Source: Pseudomonadota bacterium
Lineage (GTDB): Bacteria > Myxococcota_A > Polyangia > Palsa-1104 > JAEUJZ01
Direction: 5' to 3'
Length of the DNA stretch: 64,000 nucleotides
Assembly: GCA_035340095.1 (NCBI GenBank)
Contig: DAORGN010000003.1
Span: forward strand, 732-64,731
Shown: piece by piece, positions 38,766 through 48,007 of the stretch
How the letters are laid out: every line of letters begins with the position of its first letter
Numbering within the stretch: position 1 is the stretch's first letter
Translations under genes and position numbers: made by a program
Notes under the pieces: model-generated
The model's input: only the letters and a program-made list of their open reading frames with translations
What the model was told of the DNA's origin: nothing
Database searches by the model: none

Positions 38766-40343
38766 ATGAGTTTGCGTTGTCTTTCACCCTTGTTATTGGC
38801 TTTGTTTCTCTTCGCGGGCTGTAGCTCAGATACCACCAACGCCCAAGACATGTCACCGGCCCCAACCTGCGGTGCCGTCGGCCAGGCCTGCTGCGCGCCC
38901 GGCAACACCTGCGCATCGGGCGGAAACTGCGTCGGTGGTTACTGTCAGTCCTGTGGTGGCGCCGGCCAGGCCTGCTGCGCCGGTCGCGCTTGTGACGGAA
39001 ACGATGTCTGCACCGGCAACGGCCAAGGCATCTGTAGCCCGTGTGGCAATCCTGGCCAGCCCTGCTGCGTCGGCAACGGCTGCGGCAGCGTCGTCGCTGG
39101 CAACGTCGGCTGCTGCGTCAACAACGTCTGCTCGTCGGCGGGCTCGACCTGTCCGAACCTGACCGGTACTTGCACAAATGGAAGCTGCGGCACCTGCGGC
39201 GGCGCCGGCCAGCCTTGCTGCACCACCACCGTTGCTGGCAACACCACCAACTTCTGCACCGCCAATGGCATGACGTGTAGCGCCGGTCAGTGCGTCGCCT
39301 GTGGTGGCGCCGGTCAGCCTTGCTGCGCGGGCAGCACCTGCACAGGATCGGGCCTGGCCTGTGGTGGATCGAACATCTGTCAGCAGTGCGGTGGCGCCGG
39401 TCAGCCCTGCTGCGCTGGCAACGTCTGCACCGATTCGACGACGGCGTGTGGCAATGGTCTGTGTCGCGCCTGCGGTGGTCCCGGCCAGCCTTGCTGCGCA
39501 GGTTCGACGTGCTCGGCGGGTGGCTGCTGCGATCCGGGATCGAACAGCTGCCTCGCAAGCGGATCGGTCTGTTCAACGGGCGCAACCTGCAGTGCTGGCA
39601 CTTGCCCAGTCTGCGGCGCCCCCGGCCAAGCCTGCTGCCCCGGCAACACCTGCGGCGGCGGCGGCTGCTGCGTCGCGGGCCAGTGCGTTGCTTCGGGACA
39701 GAACATTCCCAACATGACCGGTTCGGTCTGCGCAAACGCGGCGACGGTCGCATGCGGCGGCAACAGCCAGCCATGCTGCGCGGGGAATACCTGCTCGACT
39801 TCGGGAGCGTGTTGCGGTAGCAGCACGACCTGCCTGGCTCCAACGGCGACTTGTGGTGGCACGCTTGGCACCTGCACCGCTGGTTCGTGTGGCACTGGCG
39901 GCAACGCCTGCGGCGGCGCGGGTCAGACCTGCTGTCAGAACGCGACCTCTGGCGCACGCTTCTGCACCACCACGGGCCTTTCGTGCAGCGGTGGCAAGTG
40001 CGCCGCGTGCGGCGGCCCAGGCCAGCCGTGCTGCGATGGCAACAGCTGCGCAAACGGTGGCTGCTGCGACAACAACAACCGCACCTGCATCGCCAGCGGT
40101 GCGACCTGCCCCGGTACGCTCGGCATGTGCACAAACAGCGGCTGCCAGTCGGGCACTTGCGGCAAGATCGGCCAGGCCTGCTGCGGCAGCGGCGTCGAGT
40201 GCACCGCGGCGTTTAGCACCTGCAACAACAACCAGTGCGTCGCATGCGGTGGCCAGGGCCAGCGCTGCTGCACGTCCAGCAGCGGAACCGACTACTGCGG
40301 CGCTCCGTTTGCGTGCAACAAGAACACGAACCGCTGCGGCTAA
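38766..40343 (+). CDS. Lipoprotein composed of 13 tandem Cys/Gly-rich units (CG-x-x-GQ-x-CC motif); family unknown
   Basis: Lipobox LFLFAGC (Cys19). There are 13 occurrences of C-G-x-x-[GS]-Q-x-C-C. A strong RBS and a long unbroken frame in a repeat-rich region support it. The opposite-strand ORFs are Arg-rich shadows. Confidence 0.8.
   Translation: MSLRCLSPLLLALFLFAGCSSDTTNAQDMSPAPTCGAVGQACCAPGNTCASGGNCVGGYCQSCGGAGQACCAGRACDGNDVCTGNGQGICSPCGNPGQPCCVGNGCGSVVAGNVGCCVNNVCSSAGSTCPNLTGTCTNGSCGTCGGAGQPCCTTTVAGNTTNFCTANGMTCSAGQCVACGGAGQPCCAGSTCTGSGLACGGSNICQQCGGAGQPCCAGNVCTDSTTACGNGLCRACGGPGQPCCAGSTCSAGGCCDPGSNSCLASGSVCSTGATCSAGTCPVCGAPGQACCPGNTCGGGGCCVAGQCVASGQNIPNMTGSVCANAATVACGGNSQPCCAGNTCSTSGACCGSSTTCLAPTATCGGTLGTCTAGSCGTGGNACGGAGQTCCQNATSGARFCTTTGLSCSGGKCAACGGPGQPCCDGNSCANGGCCDNNNRTCIASGATCPGTLGMCTNSGCQSGTCGKIGQACCGSGVECTAAFSTCNNNQCVACGGQGQRCCTSSSGTDYCGAPFACNKNTNRCG
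38868..40340 (+). repeat. Intragenic tandem repeat array (13 units, variable length)
   Basis: The units start at the codons for CGAVGQACC (38868) through CGGQGQRCC (40245). DNA-level identity is visible, e.g. GGTGGCGCCGGTCAGCC at 39303-39319 and 39390-39406. Confidence 0.85.
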
Positions 40344-40400
40344 GCCCGAATCTGGCTGACAGACTCGCCATGTTGTCGGCCTGACCCCACCCTGTGCAAA

Positions 40401-40419
40401 GCCCGTCCATCCGACGGGC
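40401..40419. terminator. GC-rich hairpin between convergent genes (possible bidirectional terminator)
   Basis: GCCCGTC-CATCC-GACGGGC, a 7-bp stem, 58 nt after the Cys-repeat gene stop and 11 nt from the acetyltransferase stop. No U-tract. Confidence 0.4.
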
Positions 40420-40429
40420 CATCCAGTCC

Positions 40430-40960
40430 CTAATACACCCGCAGCGCTTTGGCAGGATTGCCAGCGACGATGGTGCGCGGCGGAACTGACTGGGTGACGA
40501 CGGCTCCAGCGCCGACCTGCGCGTTTTTTCCGATCGTAATGCCCGGCAAGAGGATCGCGCCGACGCCGATGTCGCAGCCGTCTTCGAGGGTGACTTTGGC
40601 AAACGCAAGCGGGCGGTGCAAAATCGGCGCAGTCGAGCCGTCGGGCGTCGCGGGAAGCTCGTGGGCGCTCGTCAGAATCATGACGCGCGGGCCGATGCCG
40701 ACGTCGCAGCCAATCTCGATGCCGCCGGCGGAATGAAAGAATACGTCTTGGCCAATCCAGGTGCCGCAGCCGACGCGCAGCTCGTTTTTGTAATAGCCCT
40801 TCAAGATGGCGCGGTGGCCGACGTAGACGCACTCACCCAGCGAGACGTTTTCCGGATGAAAAATGAGCACGCCTGGCTCAATCACCACCGATTCGGGGCA
40901 AGCGGCAAGCTGGCTGCGCGAAAATTCCCCGCTGCCGTGGCTGCGCGGCGCAGGTCGCAT
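40430..40960 (-). CDS. Hexapeptide-repeat (left-handed beta-helix) acyl/acetyltransferase
   Basis: Repeated [LIV]-G-x-x-x-x hexapeptides (IGCDVGIGPRV, GCDIGVGAILLPGITIGKNAQVGAGAVV) and the C-terminal VAGNPAKALR. TAATG overlap with the upstream OM protein gene. Confidence 0.85.
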   Translation of the reverse strand: MRPAPRSHGSGEFSRSQLAACPESVVIEPGVLIFHPENVSLGECVYVGHRAILKGYYKNELRVGCGTWIGQDVFFHSAGGIEIGCDVGIGPRVMILTSAHELPATPDGSTAPILHRPLAFAKVTLEDGCDIGVGAILLPGITIGKNAQVGAGAVVTQSVPPRTIVAGNPAKALRVY

Positions 40961-43830
40961 TAGTACTGGAAGCGCACGCCAAACTGGGCGCGGAACGGGG
41001 TCTGCCGACTGAGCACGGTGCCGAACGTCGTCGCGATGTCACGGTTTTCAAAGCCGGCATGGTTGCTGCCACCAATCGGCGTCGAGGTATCGAGCACGTT
41101 GAACAAGTCGACGATCAGCGACAGGTGCTGGCGGACGAGTTCGTACATGTCAAACTGCATGCGCACGTTGATTTCGACGAGGTCCGGGTTGCGCAGCTCG
41201 GTCCACTTGCGCACGTCGTTCGGGTCCGCCGCCGGATCGAGTCCCCGCCAGCCATAGCGGTTTAGGTAGCCCGCGCTCGTCGGTTTGCTGCCGCGATAAA
41301 TGCGCGACGCCGGTGCGCCGGACAGATAGGTCAGGTTGACGCCGCCGGTGAGCCCGTGGAACGTGTAGCTGGACTGAAGCTTGACCTGGTGGCGGTGGTC
41401 GTCGGACAGATAGCCATAGAACCGCAGGTCGCGCGGAATGTCGTTGCGCAGCTGCGACATCTGATCGTCGACCGTTCCGTCGAGAAACGACAGCGTATAC
41501 GAAGCAAACACCATCCAGTTGGGACTGGGGTTGCCCGATACCACGAAGTCGACGCCGTTATAGCGACGGTATGCCTCGGCGGTGGGACGATAGCCATAGA
41601 CGTTGCCGCGGCGAGGATCGGCAAACTGGACAAACTTGCTACCGTCGAGCGCGCTGACCGCGTTTAGCTCGATGTTTTCCCACAGGTACGACGTCATCCG
41701 GTACGAGTAGGTGATGCCGCCGATGATGTTCTGGAACAGCTCGCGCTCAAACGATACCGTCACCGAATCGGCGTGCGGCGGCGTCAAGCTGAGCTTGGCG
41801 TTGCCACACTCGGTGGTGAAGCTGCCATCGGCACAGCGTCCGCGCAGATCGTAGCCATCGCCGCCACCCGACGACGTGACCCAGCGGTCAAAGCGACCCG
41901 TCGCGCGGTTGAAGTTCCAGGTGTTCGACTGATACGTCGCGTCCGCCGAAAACGTCGGCAGAAGGCTCACGACTTCGTTGGCCCGGCCATACGCCGCCTT
42001 CAGCAGCGTTTTGCCGTCGCGGGTCAGGTCGATGTTGACACCGAGCCGCGGCCCAAAGCCAAGCAGGTTCTGCACCGTTTCCGCGCGTGAGTTCTGCGTC
42101 GTTCCATAGTCGACGCGCAAGCCCGGCACCACCGTCAGCCACGACGTTGGCTTCCAGGTATCTTGCACGAAAAAGCCGACGCCAAGGCCATAGCGAACCT
42201 GCGCGAGCGCGGGATCAAACGAGTTGAACTGGTAGCACGGCGTCGCCGCAGAACCGGCTCGGACCTGCGGCTGCGCCTGCACACAGCCCGCCGATCGGTC
42301 CGTCGACGTCGGATCACGCGCCAGCACCGATCCATCTGCTGACGTGTCGTCGACGTACACCGAGTTGGCCGGCGTCCCGGTATACAGGTAATGGCGAATG
42401 AACTGGCCTTGGATACCGGCCTTGAAGGTGTGCTGACCGATCCAGCCTTTTTTCACCCAAGTGATGTTCGGATCGAACTGCACGCGCCAGCGCTTGTCGT
42501 CGGTAAATCGCGCTTCGCCAGCGTTGTTCCAGGTGATGCCGTTGGCGCCGTCGATGTGCTGCGGCGACACCTTGTCGGCGCTCATCGGGTCGACGGAAAT
42601 GTTGCTGTAGATGACGCCGGTTTGCAGGTTGAAAATGACGTTGTCGCTGACGAAGTAATCGTAATTCAGCGACGTGAACGCCCCACCCTGGCGCTGGATC
42701 GTCTCGGCTTCGTTGGCGTAGGCGTTCGACTGGATCGTGTTGTAGATCCACGCCGGATCGGCATTGAACGACAGCTCGACGCGATGACGCTGCGCGGGGG
42801 CCCAAGTCAGCTTCAGCCGCGGATACGCGCCATAAAATTCGCGCGTCGCGTGCTGCAAGTTCAGCGGCGTACCCGGCACCAGCGCCGACGCGGTATAGCG
42901 CAGCTCCGTCGACAGGTAGTACCACAGCTTCTGCTTTACGATCGGACCGCTTAGGTTCAGGTTGAGCTGATACTGCGCATTGGGCGGACGCGGATCGCTC
43001 TGGTCGAGGAGCCGGCCTTCATAAAGCTGCGTTCCCGCGCGCGATCCCGACGACAGCTTCTGGTGGTTTAGATAAAAGCTCGTGTCGACGGAAAACTTGT
43101 CCGAACCACGCTTGGTGACCAGGTTTATGACACCGCCGAGCGAGTTGTACTGCGCGTCGATCGCCAGAAGCTGGGTATCAACCTGACCAATCGCGTCGAA
43201 GTTAAAGTTTGCCGAAAAGGTATTCGACACCGGATCGGTGATGTCGAGTCCGTCGACGAGATAGCGGTTGTGACGCAGCGAGCCACCGGCCATCACTGGG
43301 TTTGAACCACCGACGACGCCAGGAAGCTGCTGCACGATGTTCTGGTAGCTGCGTCCGGTTGCGATCTTGGCCTGCTGGTCGGACGTGAGCACGCGGCCCG
43401 TCGAGACTTTTTCGGAATCGATGCGAGCGCGCTCCTCGAAAATCTTGGTCGTCTCGCCTTCGGCCATCTCGGCGGCAAAGTCGATCTTCAGCGTGCGCGT
43501 CTCACCCAGCGCGAGCTTGACCCGGCGCTTTATCGGCTGCAGACCTTCATACTCGACGGTGATGTCGTAGCTGCCGTGCGGAATTGACAAAAAGTCAAAA
43601 CGCCCGTCATCGTCGGTGGTCGCGGACTTGCTGCCACCAATCATCGCATCCGACCGCACCGTCACTTTGGCGCCCGGCATCGGCACGCCTGTGCCCGCCT
43701 CTAACACCACGCCTTGCAGACGAGCATTTTGCTCGCCGACGGCCAGTGCCGCACGCTCGGCCAACGTCGGAACGACCACAAGCGAAGTCAGCCAAATGAG
43801 ACGCTGCGCGAAAAAAAAGCGACGCCGCAT
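40960..43830 (-). CDS. TonB-dependent-receptor-like outer-membrane protein with N-terminal carboxypeptidase-regulatory-like domain (Oar family-like)
   Basis: Signal peptide, then the CarbopepD_reg-like segment LQGVVLEAGTGVPMPGAKVTV...DDDGRFDFLSIPHGSYDITV. A long beta-barrel region follows, ending in the terminal aromatic FGVRFQY. Confidence 0.82.
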   Translation of the reverse strand: MRRRFFFAQRLIWLTSLVVVPTLAERAALAVGEQNARLQGVVLEAGTGVPMPGAKVTVRSDAMIGGSKSATTDDDGRFDFLSIPHGSYDITVEYEGLQPIKRRVKLALGETRTLKIDFAAEMAEGETTKIFEERARIDSEKVSTGRVLTSDQQAKIATGRSYQNIVQQLPGVVGGSNPVMAGGSLRHNRYLVDGLDITDPVSNTFSANFNFDAIGQVDTQLLAIDAQYNSLGGVINLVTKRGSDKFSVDTSFYLNHQKLSSGSRAGTQLYEGRLLDQSDPRPPNAQYQLNLNLSGPIVKQKLWYYLSTELRYTASALVPGTPLNLQHATREFYGAYPRLKLTWAPAQRHRVELSFNADPAWIYNTIQSNAYANEAETIQRQGGAFTSLNYDYFVSDNVIFNLQTGVIYSNISVDPMSADKVSPQHIDGANGITWNNAGEARFTDDKRWRVQFDPNITWVKKGWIGQHTFKAGIQGQFIRHYLYTGTPANSVYVDDTSADGSVLARDPTSTDRSAGCVQAQPQVRAGSAATPCYQFNSFDPALAQVRYGLGVGFFVQDTWKPTSWLTVVPGLRVDYGTTQNSRAETVQNLLGFGPRLGVNIDLTRDGKTLLKAAYGRANEVVSLLPTFSADATYQSNTWNFNRATGRFDRWVTSSGGGDGYDLRGRCADGSFTTECGNAKLSLTPPHADSVTVSFERELFQNIIGGITYSYRMTSYLWENIELNAVSALDGSKFVQFADPRRGNVYGYRPTAEAYRRYNGVDFVVSGNPSPNWMVFASYTLSFLDGTVDDQMSQLRNDIPRDLRFYGYLSDDHRHQVKLQSSYTFHGLTGGVNLTYLSGAPASRIYRGSKPTSAGYLNRYGWRGLDPAADPNDVRKWTELRNPDLVEINVRMQFDMYELVRQHLSLIVDLFNVLDTSTPIGGSNHAGFENRDIATTFGTVLSRQTPFRAQFGVRFQY

Positions 43831-44982
43831 TTACTTCCCCGCTACCTGGCTCTGCGAAAAGGGGCAGTTGACTTCGACGGGCACGTTGCTTCCATCGACG
43901 GTCAGCGTCTGACACGGCAGACAGCTCGCCAGGGCACCACTCGCGGTCGCGGCTTTGTACGCCGGGTCGTTTGCATCGGGTGGCGGCGGGCTCGTCTGAC
44001 CCTTCAAGACAAACTCTTTGCAGATTGGTGAATAGGTTCCCGCTGGCACTTCCGACGGAAGGCCCGGAATGACCACTTGCAAAGGCGTCGTCGTTGCCGT
44101 CGGTGCGGTTTCTTTGTAGACCTTGTAGAGCGGCATCGTCACAAACGACTTGCCGTCGGTCGAAACCGGCACCGGCCCCATGTCGATGTAGGGCACGACA
44201 AGCTGGTTGTAAAAACCAAGCTGCACCGGCAGTCGCGCTGGCGGCGCATTCGACGGTGTAAGCGCCGGATCGACAATTTGCAAAAGCCGATATTCGCGCG
44301 ACACGACGGCCAGATCCTTGTCGATTCGCCCGGTCGCGGTGTCAAAGCGCTTGATCGACTGACACGGCAGCGAGCTTGGTGCTGACAAGTGAATCACTTC
44401 GACGACGGCGCTGTAGTTTAGTTTACGCCCCGGTTTGCCGCTGCTCGTCGACAGCACTTCGGGGATGTCCGCAAACACCGGATACTGACGGTCCCAGCGG
44501 ATCAGGTCGAGTCGCTCGTCGAAGGCTTCGTCGCGGGTCGCTTGGCACGATCCGTCGAAGACATACACCTGACCGGCATTTGTCACCGCCAGCGGATCGC
44601 GCTTGCCATCGGTCCAAAACGGCGTGGTTGCCGACACCGTCTTGCCATCCGATCCCGTCGACGACACTTTTGCAGTGGTATCCGCCGATCGCGTGGTCGC
44701 AAACACCGTATACGGAATCTGCGGCCAGTCGCCACGGCCTTTGCCGACGGCACGCAGCCGGTCGATGGTCTTTACGCCAGTGAGAAAGTTTTGCGCGTAC
44801 ACCACGCCGGCGAGGAATTCTCCGTCGTCGGGATAGGGACTACACGCCGCGGCAAAAGACAAGAGCGCAGCGACGGAAAACAGTCGTGCAGAGGCAGGGA
44901 AGCGATAACGTTCTGTCGAGACGACGGCCCTTGTGGGAAGCATAGCGGCGCGCATATTCCTGCGAGCCCCGTCCGCTTTCAA
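43831..44982 (-). CDS. Lipoprotein, function unknown, first gene of the OM protein operon
   Basis: Lipobox SFAAAC. Its stop abuts the OM protein start with no gap. No domain recognised. The start is uncertain (three in-frame Met). Confidence 0.6.
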   Translation of the reverse strand: MKADGARRNMRAAMLPTRAVVSTERYRFPASARLFSVAALLSFAAACSPYPDDGEFLAGVVYAQNFLTGVKTIDRLRAVGKGRGDWPQIPYTVFATTRSADTTAKVSSTGSDGKTVSATTPFWTDGKRDPLAVTNAGQVYVFDGSCQATRDEAFDERLDLIRWDRQYPVFADIPEVLSTSSGKPGRKLNYSAVVEVIHLSAPSSLPCQSIKRFDTATGRIDKDLAVVSREYRLLQIVDPALTPSNAPPARLPVQLGFYNQLVVPYIDMGPVPVSTDGKSFVTMPLYKVYKETAPTATTTPLQVVIPGLPSEVPAGTYSPICKEFVLKGQTSPPPPDANDPAYKAATASGALASCLPCQTLTVDGSNVPVEVNCPFSQSQVAGK

Positions 44983-45024
44983 GCTTTTCCAGCACGCAGC
45001 GACGAAAAGCCGGCCCGTCCGCGC

Positions 45025-45516
45025 TCAGCGCAGCTCCAGCCGAATCGACACCGCCGTAAGCTGGGCGACGTAGATTCCGCTTTTGCCGTAACCGCCCGGC
45101 TCGCCCACGCGCTGCTTGTGCAGGCTGCGCACGTCGCGATCCGCAAACAGAATGCCCGTCACCCGCGCTCGTGTTCCGCTCGGCAGCGGTGCCGAAAGCC
45201 GTCGCCCAAGCAGTTCCAAGCTGCGATCGATCCACACCCGCCCAAGCGACATCGGCCCAAGCGGTCCCCCTTGCCAGCCAATCGCCCCGATGGTGGTGAT
45301 GAAGTGGCGATGCCAGCGTTCGGGGTCCAGCTCGACGTCGACCAAGCTGACCGCTTGTGGCCCGCCGACCGCCCGACGCAAATCGCGCTCTGGATCTGAC
45401 AAGCAGGGCAGGCACGATGCACAGTCACCCCACCCCATCTTCACCAATCGATTGCGTCCTTCGAGGGGAACTGCCTCTAGAACGCGCCGTAGCTCTGGCT
45501 GCGCCGCCGTCAACAT
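45025..45516 (-). CDS. Hypothetical protein
   Basis: 163-aa ORF with more plausible composition than the overlapping Arg-rich plus-strand ORF. No motif recognised. Confidence 0.4.
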   Translation of the reverse strand: MLTAAQPELRRVLEAVPLEGRNRLVKMGWGDCASCLPCLSDPERDLRRAVGGPQAVSLVDVELDPERWHRHFITTIGAIGWQGGPLGPMSLGRVWIDRSLELLGRRLSAPLPSGTRARVTGILFADRDVRSLHKQRVGEPGGYGKSGIYVAQLTAVSIRLELR

Positions 45517-45616
45517 ACAGAAAATAGATTTAGGCTACCGAATCTTAGACTGACTTTGACATGGCGGGCGACGAGTTGCGGGCTTTTTCGCCAAAGCCGT
45601 GTAGTTTAGAAGGCGC

Positions 45617-46429
45617 ATGCAGACCCCTACCGTACTTATCACCGGCGCATCGAGCGGCATCGGCGCGTCGCTGGCCAAAGAATTTGCACGGCGCGGCGCC
45701 CGGCTCGTCCTCGTGGCCCGGCGCACGGATCGATTGGAAACACTCGCGGCTGATCTGCGCACAGGTGGCACCGAAGTCCTGACCGTCACCGGCGATGTCA
45801 CCCGCGATGGCGACATGGAACGCGCGACCGAGGCCGCGGAAAAGCGCTTCGGTGGTGTGGACATTGTCGTCGCCAACGCCGGCTTTGGAGTGCAGGGCCG
45901 GCTCACCAAGCTGTCTATCGACGATGTGCGGCGGCAGTTTGAAACCAACGTGTTCGGTGTGCTGCGGACGTTTTATGCGACGCACCAGGCGCTCAAAGCG
46001 AGCCGCGGTCGGCTGGCGCTTATCGGCAGCGTCTCGGGCTTTCTTTCTGCGCCGGGAACAATTCCGTATGCGATGAGCAAGTTTGCCGTGCGGGCGCTCG
46101 CGGAAGGGCTCGATCAAGAGCTGGCCAAAGACGGCATTTCGGTGACACACATCGCCCCCGGTTTCGTCGAATCAGAGATTTCGCTCGTCGACAACCAGGG
46201 CGTACTGCACGACACGCCGCCGCGACCCAAGGCCCCCGCGTTTTTGTTTATGAAAACTGCCGATGCTGCCCGCCAAATTGTCGACGCCATCATGGCCCGC
46301 GAGCCACTGCGCGTCGTCACAGGTCACGGCAAAGTCCTCGTCGCCGCGAGCCGACACACTCCCGGTCTGCTCAAAGGCGCCATGGCGCTTATGGCCGGTC
46401 GCGTCGCCAAGCTGACGATCGACGACTAG
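45617..46429 (+). CDS. Short-chain dehydrogenase/reductase (SDR)
   Basis: TGASSGIG cofactor motif, NAG, and catalytic YAMSK (YxxxK). Confidence 0.9.
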   Translation: MQTPTVLITGASSGIGASLAKEFARRGARLVLVARRTDRLETLAADLRTGGTEVLTVTGDVTRDGDMERATEAAEKRFGGVDIVVANAGFGVQGRLTKLSIDDVRRQFETNVFGVLRTFYATHQALKASRGRLALIGSVSGFLSAPGTIPYAMSKFAVRALAEGLDQELAKDGISVTHIAPGFVESEISLVDNQGVLHDTPPRPKAPAFLFMKTADAARQIVDAIMAREPLRVVTGHGKVLVAASRHTPGLLKGAMALMAGRVAKLTIDD

Positions 46430-46446
46430 TCTACGGTGCAATCGCC

Positions 46447-47994
46447 ATGACAGCCCCCCGCATTGTCAGTGCCCGCGACGGCGAGCTACCGCCTAAGCTA
46501 TCGCAAGCCACTTTTGACCTGATCGTCGTCGGCAGCGGCGCAGGCGGATCGATGTGCGCGCAGCAGGCGGCGCAGGCCGGTCTTTCGGTGCTGGTGCTGG
46601 AAGCGGGTGGCCATCATCTGCCAAGCCAGATGAACCAGCGGGAAGGCGACATGCTGCCGCGGCTGTTTTACGACGCGGGTGGGCGATCGACACAAGACGG
46701 CGCGGTGATGATTCTGCATGGCCGTGGCATTGGCGGATCGACCGTCCACAACACCAACCTGTGCAAGCGCGCCCCCGCTGAAGTGCTGCAGCAGTGGGCC
46801 ACTTCGCACGACTGTCCCTCGTGGAGTCCAGAGCGTGTCGCCCCGGATTATGAAGCCGTCGAAACCGAACTTTCCGTCACACCGCTCACCGAGGAAGACG
46901 TAAACCGCAACAACGCGATCATGCGCCGCGGGGTCGAAAAGCTCGGCTGGCGCGGCGGACTCCTACAACACAACCGCCGCGGCTGTCAGCGATCCGGTTT
47001 CTGCGAGCTGGGCTGCGCCTACGATGCCAAGGAAAACGCCGCCAAAGTCGTCATCCCCAAGGCACTCCTTTTCGGGGCCAGCGTCATCTGCGATCTGCGC
47101 GTCGTCCGAATTCTGCATGACGGAAAACGAGTCCGCGGCGTCTCTGCTTCTGTGGTGCGTAGCGACGGCAGCGACGGCGAAACCCTGAATATTTCGGCGC
47201 GTGCAGTCTGCGTCTCTGCTAGCGCGGTTCTGTCTCCGGCTCTGCTTTTGCACAGCGATGTACCCGATCCGCACAAGCTTGTGGGAAAGTCGCTCCGGCT
47301 GCATCCTGGCGTCGCGGTGGGCGGCTGCTTTGCCGAACCAGTGGAAGCGTGGAAAGGCATTCCGCAAGCCTATGAGTGCAGCGAAAAACTGTCGTTTTCT
47401 GACGGTGCGCAAGATCGCTGCTGGCTGATTCCGGCGTTTGCCCATCCGGGTGGTTTTGCTGGACTGCAGCCTGGTTTTGGCAAACAGCATGCGGCGGCCA
47501 TGCGCGATTATGCCAAGACAGCTGTCGTCGCTGCGATGCTTCATGATGAAACAAAAGGTGTCGTGTCTGTCGATGGGAACGGACGTGCCAAAGTCGATTA
47601 CGCGCTGACCGCTTCCGATGCCAAAGCACTGCTGCGCGGAATCGGTGCAGCGGCGGACATTCTGCTCGCGGCAGGTGCGCAGGAAGTGATGATTCCGTTT
47701 GCGCGTCCGCTGCTGGTTCGCAGTCCCAAAGAGCTGTCCGTTCTTGATTCCCACCGCTATCGTCCGCTCGATCCGATACTCACTTCGGTACACCCGATGG
47801 GGAGTCTTCCGATGGGACTCAATCCAACACGAGCCGTCGTCGATGAACAAGGCCGGCACCATCAACTGCACGGTCTGTACGTAGCCGATGGGAGTCTGTT
47901 TCCGACCTCGCTAGGAGGGCCGCCGCAGCTTACGATTTACGCGACAGGTCGCCGGGTCGGAAACGCAATTGCCGCCGATCTGCGTCATGGGTAA
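46447..47994 (+). CDS. GMC-family FAD-dependent oxidoreductase
   Basis: FAD motif DLIVVGSGAGGS, GGSTVHN, and the C-terminal HPMGSLPMG and LYVADGSLFPTS. Confidence 0.88.
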   Translation: MTAPRIVSARDGELPPKLSQATFDLIVVGSGAGGSMCAQQAAQAGLSVLVLEAGGHHLPSQMNQREGDMLPRLFYDAGGRSTQDGAVMILHGRGIGGSTVHNTNLCKRAPAEVLQQWATSHDCPSWSPERVAPDYEAVETELSVTPLTEEDVNRNNAIMRRGVEKLGWRGGLLQHNRRGCQRSGFCELGCAYDAKENAAKVVIPKALLFGASVICDLRVVRILHDGKRVRGVSASVVRSDGSDGETLNISARAVCVSASAVLSPALLLHSDVPDPHKLVGKSLRLHPGVAVGGCFAEPVEAWKGIPQAYECSEKLSFSDGAQDRCWLIPAFAHPGGFAGLQPGFGKQHAAAMRDYAKTAVVAAMLHDETKGVVSVDGNGRAKVDYALTASDAKALLRGIGAAADILLAAGAQEVMIPFARPLLVRSPKELSVLDSHRYRPLDPILTSVHPMGSLPMGLNPTRAVVDEQGRHHQLHGLYVADGSLFPTSLGGPPQLTIYATGRRVGNAIAADLRHG

Positions 47995-48007
47995 GCTCGC
48001 GCCCGCG

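Noticed and set aside
38584-38769. 61-aa ORF inside the AT-rich island, starting at the TTG of TTGTATAAT
   Set aside because: It has no RBS and an unremarkable sequence, and it runs into the Cys-repeat gene start in another frame. The region is better explained as promoter plus leader. A leader peptide cannot be excluded.
38766-40343. Possible homology of the Cys-repeat units to hevein/chitin-binding, granulin or metallothionein modules
   Set aside because: The Cys spacing and the lack of the aromatic residues essential for hevein-type sugar binding do not fit. Metallothioneins are short and cytoplasmic. I therefore left the family as unknown rather than naming one.
39118-40832. 338-aa and 419-aa minus-strand ORFs (39118-40134 and 39573-40832) and several plus-strand alternative frames across the Cys-repeat gene
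   Set aside because: They are Arg/Ala/Trp-rich mirror translations of a GC-rich repeat. They lack an RBS or signal. The 419-aa ORF would also run through the hexapeptide acetyltransferase gene on its own (minus) strand in another frame.
45517-45616. TTGACA hexamer in the divergent region before the SDR gene
   Set aside because: No acceptable -10 lies at 16-19 bp spacing, so I did not report it as a promoter.
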